DNA of 13,040 nt from Abditibacteriaceae bacterium (GTDB lineage: Bacteria; Armatimonadota; Abditibacteriia; Abditibacteriales; Abditibacteriaceae), in the NCBI GenBank assembly GCA_031425655.1, contig JANPJS010000205.1:1-13040 (forward strand), in the 5' to 3' direction. A program made the position numbers and the translations under genes. This document shows, in pieces, positions 7,875-13,040 of the stretch (within the stretch, counting starts at the first letter, position 1; every line of letters starts with the position of its first letter). Below the pieces are notes generated by a model, which worked only from the letters and a program-made list of their open reading frames with translations, did no database searches and was not told where the DNA came from.

Positions 7875-8036
7875 GCAGGGCAAACGCATTAGGATTGCCC
7901 TGCAAGTCGCCCGGCCATAAATGGCCGGGCTGAAACACCAAGCCTCTTCGAGGCTCACCCAAACACTGTTCCCTCAGCCCCGCAGGGGCTTTGTATTTCA
8001 GCCCGGCACCACCCAAAGGGTTCCCGGATCGCCGGG
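7875..8036. repeat. Cluster of REP-like hairpins, including an inverted pair of composite units
   Basis: Hairpins GCAGGGCAA/TTGCCCTGC (7875-7903) and GCCCGGCCAT/ATGGCCGGGC (7909-7930). Arms 7924-7955 and 7976-8007 are reverse-complementary at 27/32 positions, and each holds its own palindrome (AGCCTCTTCGAGGCT; AGCCCCGCAGGGGCT). Confidence 0.75.
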
Positions 8037-8170
8037 TGGCACAAGCACAAGCGATGAGGTTCTCATGCAATTGCCGTGGCTTTAGCCGCCCGGACATTCG
8101 GCACCAAGCTGGGATTCTTCACACGCCGAGAGTGCGGCTCCGGTAGAATGAGAGAAGTCAAAATCGCACG

Positions 8171-8177
8171 AGAAAGG
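8171..8177 (+). promoter_or_regulatory. Probable ribosome-binding site of the DHS-like gene
   Basis: AGAAAGG ends 8 nt before the ATG at 8186. Confidence 0.5.
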
Positions 8178-8185
8178 TTTGTTTT

Positions 8186-9544
8186 ATGCGCTCTAAATCG
8201 CAACGCCGCAAGGCTAATGAAGGATTGTTGGGCAGTCCCGTGGCCACGCTGCCCGTCAGTGAATGCGCTTCGATGCACGAGGCGTTTTTGTCGCTGCCGC
8301 GCGCTTGCGGAGCCACCAATTTGTCGTCGGCTTATCGCATTCTCTACAAGGCCATCACCGAAGAAGTGCCGCTTGTGCTTTCGATTTCCGGCATCGGAAG
8401 CCTGTCGAATCAGACGCGTTTCTGGATCAATTCGATGGTCGAAGCCGGCTACATCGCGGTGATTTCCACGACCGATGCGCTCGTTTATCACGACGGGCAC
8501 GATGCGCTGCGGCCCACGCCGCGCGGGCGCAAAGTCGAGCGGCCTGTGCGCGAAGTGAATCCGAACGGGGACGACGGCATTTACCGGGATAACCGCATTA
8601 TTCGCGTTTACGATGTCGGCTTCAAGGAAGAGATTCTTGAAGAGCAAGACCGCGTCACGCGCTGGTTTTTCCAGCAGCCGGAATTGCAGCACCCGATGAC
8701 CACGACCGAGCGCAATTTTCGTATGGGCAAGCTTTTCGATGCCTTGGAACAAGTGCGCGGCGTCGAATCCGGCCTCGTTTCCACTTGTTACAAGCACGCG
8801 GTGCCGATTTTCATCGGCGCGCCGGGCGACGGCTCCAATTCGCTGGGAATGCTGCCGCTTTTGATGAACAAGCAAGTTCACGGCGAGCCGTTCGGCTTCA
8901 ATTACGACCCGCTCGGCGACGTGATGGAAGCGTGCGCGTATCACTTCTGGGGCTTGTTCAGCAATCCCGTCAACGAGCTGGGCATTCTCATCATGGGCGG
9001 CGGCGTGCCCAAGAATTTCGCGCTTCAGCCGGAGCCGTCGCTGTTGCAGAATTTCATGCTGGATGAAGGCAAACACGAGGTTCGCGGCTACAAATACGAC
9101 CTGCAAATCACCAGCGCTCCGGTCTCGGACGGCAGTTTGTCGTCGTGTCCGCCGTCCGAAGCCGTCAGTTGGGGCAAAGTAGATCGCGACACGTTTCACG
9201 ATACCACGGTCAGCGTTTTCGGCGATTACACGCAGCTTTTCTGGCCGTTAGCCTACGCGATTTTCGAGCGCCGCCGCGAATTGGAAAAGCAAGTCGCCGC
9301 GTTGTCGGAAAAAGACAAAAAGCAGTTCTTCAAAGAAAACGCCGAAGCGCGCGGCCTGCTGCGTCCGGGCGGCCCGCCGCGACTTTTCGAGCAGCGCAAA
9401 AAGCTGATGGCCGACTTTTACAAAATCGCCGGCTCCAAGAAAAACACGGCGCGCATCAAAGAATGGTATGGCGGCAACCGCGAGTTGCTGGACACGCTTG
9501 ACGCATTGCGCGCTCAGGGCGCGTTGGATGTCGGCGAGATTTAA
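8186..9544 (+). CDS. Deoxyhypusine synthase family protein (bacterial DHS-like; possible homospermidine/polyamine synthase)
   Basis: 452 aa. Motifs LVYHD, IRVYDV, PIFIGAPGDGS, GILIMGGGVPKNF, LQITSAPVSDGSLSSCPPSEAVSWGKV, the last retaining the imine-forming catalytic Lys of the EAVSWGK motif. Confidence 0.9.
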   Translation: MRSKSQRRKANEGLLGSPVATLPVSECASMHEAFLSLPRACGATNLSSAYRILYKAITEEVPLVLSISGIGSLSNQTRFWINSMVEAGYIAVISTTDALVYHDGHDALRPTPRGRKVERPVREVNPNGDDGIYRDNRIIRVYDVGFKEEILEEQDRVTRWFFQQPELQHPMTTTERNFRMGKLFDALEQVRGVESGLVSTCYKHAVPIFIGAPGDGSNSLGMLPLLMNKQVHGEPFGFNYDPLGDVMEACAYHFWGLFSNPVNELGILIMGGGVPKNFALQPEPSLLQNFMLDEGKHEVRGYKYDLQITSAPVSDGSLSSCPPSEAVSWGKVDRDTFHDTTVSVFGDYTQLFWPLAYAIFERRRELEKQVAALSEKDKKQFFKENAEARGLLRPGGPPRLFEQRKKLMADFYKIAGSKKNTARIKEWYGGNRELLDTLDALRAQGALDVGEI

Positions 9545-9556
9545 AGAGGACTCCAA

Positions 9557-9594
9557 AAGCAGGCACAGCGGTGCGTTTTTCGCTGCGCCTGCTT
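9557..9594. terminator. Stem-loop just after the DHS-like gene; possible terminator or mRNA-stabilising hairpin
   Basis: AAGCAGGCACAGCG (9557-9570) / CGCTGCGCCTGCTT (9581-9594), 13/14 paired, 10-nt loop, 12 nt after the stop. No proper U-tract on the + strand. Confidence 0.45.
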
Positions 9595-9685
9595 GGAAAA
9601 CCGCCTTCGCAGCGTGATTATGACACGATTGCCTTGACATTTATATGAAGGGTCGTGGTAGGCAACGAGTAAGATAATAAGTGAA

Positions 9686-12600
9686 ATGGAAGAAGCATCG
9701 AAGACGAGCAACCTCAGCGCGACCCAAGACGCCACCGACGAAACGCGGCCCGTTGTTCTCATCGTCGAAGACGAAAAAGACGCAGCGCTACTGCTGAATC
9801 GCATTTTAAGTGATTCTTATCGCGTTTACAGCGCTGGTGATGGGCGCGCCGGGCTTGAAAAGGCCATCGAAGTGCGCCCTGACCTCATTCTTTGCGACTT
9901 GATGATGCAGGGATTGTCGGGCAGCGAACTGGTGCGCGCGGCCCGCGCTCTACCGGAATTGGATGCTGTTCCCATTGTGGTATTGACCGCGCTACACGAT
10001 GCGCGTCTTCGCGCCGAACTTTTGCGCGATGGCGCGCAGGATTACCTCACTAAACCTTTCGAGCCGGAAGAATTGCTGACGCGCGTGGCCCACCATATTG
10101 CCGTGGGACGCGCTCGCAGCGCACTGCGCGCCGAAATTGCCCCGGATGTGGCGCCCGCAGCCTCGCCGCACCACCGCGTGCCGGCGCAAGACCTGGCCGA
10201 TCTCGCGGCGCAGGTCGCAGCGCAAAAGCGCACGCTGGAAAGCACTCTGGAAACACTGCGGCGCAGCCGTGCGCTTTATCATTCGTTAGCCCGCGATTTC
10301 GCGCACGCCGCCGGAGTGTTTTTCGACCGCGAACTCCGTTTCACAGCGGTTCAAGGCGAAGGTTTCGCTTCCGGCGTGGCCGAAGGCGAGATTGTTGGCA
10401 AAACCGCTGTCGAAGTATTTCCCACGGCCCTCTCGGCCATTCTGGAGCCTCATTTTCGCGCCGCTTTGAATGGAATTGCCACAACTTTTGAACTGCCCGA
10501 TGCCGACAATCAGGGGCGTCTGTCGCTGGTGCGCGCTCTGCCGGTGCAGGACGAAGCCGGGAATGTGACGGGCGGGCTGGCAGTTATCCAAAACGTGCGC
10601 GAACATCAACTCGAAGAAGACGAATGGCAAGGTTTTCAAGCGCGCATTCTTTCGCAGGTCGAAGATGCCGTCAATGCTGTGGATGCCCATCATCGCATTA
10701 TTTATTGGAATCATGCCGCAGAGCGACTTTATGGCATTTCGGCAGAGGAAGCTCTGGGACGCACTCTGACCGAAATTTACGATTACGAGTGGGTTGGTAT
10801 TGAGCGCCCCGTCGTTTTGGAGGCTTTAGAATGTGACGGTTGGTGGAAAGGCGAATGTTGGCATCGTTTGCACCGCGATGGACGTGAGATTTCCGTGGAA
10901 GTATCGCTGAGCTTGCTGCGTGAGCCGTCTGGTAAGCCGTCCGGCTTTTTGGCGGTCATCCGCGATATTACCGCCCGCAAGCGGGCTGAAAGTGCGCAGA
11001 GCATTTTGTCGGAAGCCGGCGCGGCGCTGGCCGCTTCGCTGGATTATGATACGACCGTTGAAACACTGGGCCGTCTTTGCGTCCCGGCGCTGGCGGAGCT
11101 ATGCGTCATTGACTTCGTTGCGCCCGGCGCGGCAGACGGCCCCTTGGGCAACGGACGGGAGGCCAGTCCGCTTGTCGCGCGGCGGGCGCTGGCGCAGCAC
11201 GCCGACCCGGAACGCGCGCACTTAGCCAACAAGTTGCTGGATTATCCGCAGCGTTTCCTTGCCGGCTCGATCCCAGCGCAAGTGCGCTCCAACGCGCAGT
11301 CGCGCCTTTTGTCTCAAGTTACGGACGAAATACTACGCGCCGCCGCCTACGACGACGAACACTACGCGCTTTTGCATGAATTAAACATACGTTCGGCGAT
11401 TGTCGCGCCTCTGATTGCGCGTGGAGGTCTGATCGGCATTGTTTCGCTGGTCAACACGGCAGAGCGCCCGCCATTTAGCGAATACGACTTGCATATCGTC
11501 GAAGAACTGATGCGCCGCGCGGCTTTGGCATTGGAAAATGCGCACCTTTACTCGGAAGCGGAAAAAGCGCGCCACGAAGCCGAAGCCGCCGACCGCGCTA
11601 AAGACGAATTCTTAGCCGTTGTTTCGCATGAGTTGCGCACGCCGCTCACGCCCATTTTAGGTTGGGTTTCGATGCTGCGCGACGAAGGTAAGCCCGGCAC
11701 TCCGGGCGCATTGGACGACGACACGCGCGCTCACGCCCTGCTTACAATTCAACGCAGCGCCGAACAGCAAGCGCAACTGATTGACGACCTTTTGGATGTG
11801 TCGCGCATTATTTCCGGCAACGCCCGTTTGCATTTGCAGCCGGTGCGTTTACGTTCGATTGTCGAGGCCGCTTTGGAAACGGCGCGCGCGCAGGCCGGCG
11901 ACAAAAATGTGGCGATATGGACTTCTTTTGACCCTGCCCTCGGCGTAGTCGAAGGCGACGGACGGCGGCTTCAGCAAGTGGTAGCTAACCTGCTGTCCAA
12001 CGCCATCAAATTCACGCCGTCGGGTGGGCGTGTGGAAGTTCAACTCGCCGACAGAGATGGTTGCGCCGAATTGATGGTGCGTGATAGTGGCATCGGCATC
12101 GAACCGGAATTCTTGCCGCAGGTTTTTGAGCGTTTCAGTCAGGCCGATTCCTCGACCAGCCGCACTTTCGGCGGTTTGGGATTGGGGCTTGCCATCGCGC
12201 GCCACATCGTGCAGTTACACGGCGGAACTATTAGCGCTTCGAGCGAGGGACAAGGGCAGGGCGCGGCTTTCTTCGTTACTCTGCCGGTGCAGTTGCCGGA
12301 GAATTTTCAGCCGGGCGAGGCTTTGTCCAGTCTGTCGTGGCTGCCGAATGCAGGTGCTTCTCCTCAAACAGCCGCTTTATTCAATGACAGAGTATTGGCA
12401 GGTAAACATGTGCTCGTGGTTGATGATGAGGACGCGACGCGCGATATGTTAGCCGAGGTGCTGCGTCAGGGCGGCGCCATCGTTGAGATTGCAGATTCGG
12501 CTCACGCAGCCCGCGTGGTTTTAGCACGATGGCGACCGGATGCCATGGTCTGTGACATCGGAATGCCCGGCGAAGACGGCTACACATTTATTAAATTTCT

Positions 12601-12772
12601 GCGCGCTTTGCACCCCGACGATGGTGGAACATTGCCGGCTATCGCGCTAACCGCCTACGCGCGTGCCGAAGACCGCCAGCGTGCGCTTGCAGCGGGATTT
12701 AACCGGCATATTTCCAAGCCCGTCGCACCACCCGACCTGATTCTGGCGGTCGCCGAGATTGTGGCGCGCTAA
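9686..12772 (+). CDS. Cytoplasmic hybrid sensor histidine kinase/response regulator (REC-PAS-PAS-GAF-HisKA-HATPase_c-REC)
   Basis: 1028 aa. N-terminal REC (LIVEDE, LCDLMM, VLTA, KPF). PAS (YWNHAAERLYG..EEALG, RDITARK). GAF (LAASLDYDTTV, SAIVAPLIARG, ALALENAHLY). H-box VSHELRTPL, N-box NLLSNAIKFT, G1 DSGIGI, F-box VFERF, G2 GGLGLGLAI. C-terminal REC (VVDDE, CDIGMP, ALTA, KPV). No obvious transmembrane segment. Confidence 0.95.
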   Translation: MEEASKTSNLSATQDATDETRPVVLIVEDEKDAALLLNRILSDSYRVYSAGDGRAGLEKAIEVRPDLILCDLMMQGLSGSELVRAARALPELDAVPIVVLTALHDARLRAELLRDGAQDYLTKPFEPEELLTRVAHHIAVGRARSALRAEIAPDVAPAASPHHRVPAQDLADLAAQVAAQKRTLESTLETLRRSRALYHSLARDFAHAAGVFFDRELRFTAVQGEGFASGVAEGEIVGKTAVEVFPTALSAILEPHFRAALNGIATTFELPDADNQGRLSLVRALPVQDEAGNVTGGLAVIQNVREHQLEEDEWQGFQARILSQVEDAVNAVDAHHRIIYWNHAAERLYGISAEEALGRTLTEIYDYEWVGIERPVVLEALECDGWWKGECWHRLHRDGREISVEVSLSLLREPSGKPSGFLAVIRDITARKRAESAQSILSEAGAALAASLDYDTTVETLGRLCVPALAELCVIDFVAPGAADGPLGNGREASPLVARRALAQHADPERAHLANKLLDYPQRFLAGSIPAQVRSNAQSRLLSQVTDEILRAAAYDDEHYALLHELNIRSAIVAPLIARGGLIGIVSLVNTAERPPFSEYDLHIVEELMRRAALALENAHLYSEAEKARHEAEAADRAKDEFLAVVSHELRTPLTPILGWVSMLRDEGKPGTPGALDDDTRAHALLTIQRSAEQQAQLIDDLLDVSRIISGNARLHLQPVRLRSIVEAALETARAQAGDKNVAIWTSFDPALGVVEGDGRRLQQVVANLLSNAIKFTPSGGRVEVQLADRDGCAELMVRDSGIGIEPEFLPQVFERFSQADSSTSRTFGGLGLGLAIARHIVQLHGGTISASSEGQGQGAAFFVTLPVQLPENFQPGEALSSLSWLPNAGASPQTAALFNDRVLAGKHVLVVDDEDATRDMLAEVLRQGGAIVEIADSAHAARVVLARWRPDAMVCDIGMPGEDGYTFIKFLRALHPDDGGTLPAIALTAYARAEDRQRALAAGFNRHISKPVAPPDLILAVAEIVAR

Positions 12773-12849
12773 CAGCGAATTAGACAGAAATATTCTAAAT
12801 ATTCACCTTGCGCAGTGGAGTGTGTTAGGCAGACAAATTCAAGAAGCGC

Positions 12850-12871
12850 TGTCATTCTGAGTCCTGCCCAG
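12850..12871. repeat. Probable half of a REP-like palindromic repeat interrupted by the IS110 element
   Basis: TGTCATTCTGAGTCCTGCCCAG directly abuts the IS end. TGTCATTCTGAG / CTCAGAATGACA is, from recall, the terminus of a widespread intergenic palindromic repeat family. The partner arm is not in the window. Confidence 0.45.
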
Positions 12872-13040
12872 AGATTCTATGGTTGAAGTCAAGGGGTTGG
12901 CCACTGGTTTTGGGGATTTTGTTGATAAACGCGGTTTGGGTCGTAGGTTGTGCCGTGGGTGACCAGCGACCAACACAAGCGGGCCAGTTTACGCGCGACG
13001 GCACACAAAGCGGCGGTGGACGACAAGCCTTTGGCGCGTT
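12872..13040 (-). mobile_element. Right end of an IS110-family (IS621-like) insertion sequence, truncated by the window end
   Basis: The transposase stop is followed on the - strand by TTGACT-TCAACC-ATAGAAT-CT: an outward -35 box (12892-12887) and a donor-like end with a CT core (12873-12872), resembling the IS621 end ACAGTAT-CT. Very short right end. Confidence 0.8.
12889..13040 (-). CDS. IS110-family transposase/recombinase, C-terminal 49 aa (partial; 5' part outside the window)
   Basis: Hand translation of 13038-12889: RAKGLSSTAALCAVARKLARLCWSLVTHGTTYDPNRVYQQNPQNQWPTP*. It matches the G....A..AVARKL.R..WSL......YDP C-terminal signature of IS110 enzymes. Absent from the ORF track because it lacks a start codon. 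Confidence 0.88.
   Translation of the reverse strand, partial: RAKGLSSTAALCAVARKLARLCWSLVTHGTTYDPNRVYQQNPQNQWPTP

Noticed and set aside
7834..8097. 87-aa ORF on the - strand
   Set aside because: Runs through the REP-like hairpin cluster; no coding signal or recognisable family.
8118..8149. Promoter TTCACA...TAGAAT upstream of the DHS-like gene
   Set aside because: The 20-nt spacer is too long; only the -10-like hexamer is plausible.
8063..9199. 378-aa ORF on the - strand
   Set aside because: Antisense shadow of the well-supported DHS-like gene in GC-rich DNA; no recognisable motifs.
9634..9664. Sigma70 promoter for the kinase (perfect TTGACA at 9634-9639)
   Set aside because: No convincing -10 hexamer at 16-18 nt spacing.
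1..13040. CRISPR array, tRNA or rRNA genes
   Set aside because: No regularly spaced direct repeats with unique spacers and no cloverleaf or rRNA-like sequence was seen; the repeats found are inverted or two-copy.

Overview
A GC-rich bacterial window, probably a whole contig, since it starts in a fold-back duplication and ends inside an insertion sequence. Gene order: recX (-); a strongly structured 0.3-kb non-coding block; a low-GC stand-alone OLD-family ABC-ATPase/TOPRIM nuclease (+), a candidate anti-phage gene; a DUF1501 gene plus a planctomycete-type cytochrome c/DUF1549/DUF1553 gene (-), separated by a MITE-like inverted repeat; a REP-like hairpin cluster; a divergent deoxyhypusine-synthase-family gene (+); a REC-PAS-PAS-GAF-HisKA-HATPase-REC hybrid kinase (+); and the 3' end and right end of an IS110/IS621-type bridge-recombinase element (-), missed by the ORF track and apparently inserted in a REP-like repeat. 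The best leads are the IS110 donor/target junction, the structured (attC-like or ncRNA-like) block in front of the OLD nuclease, and the DHS-like enzyme with altered NAD-binding loops. All family assignments come from recognising motifs by eye; no searches were run.
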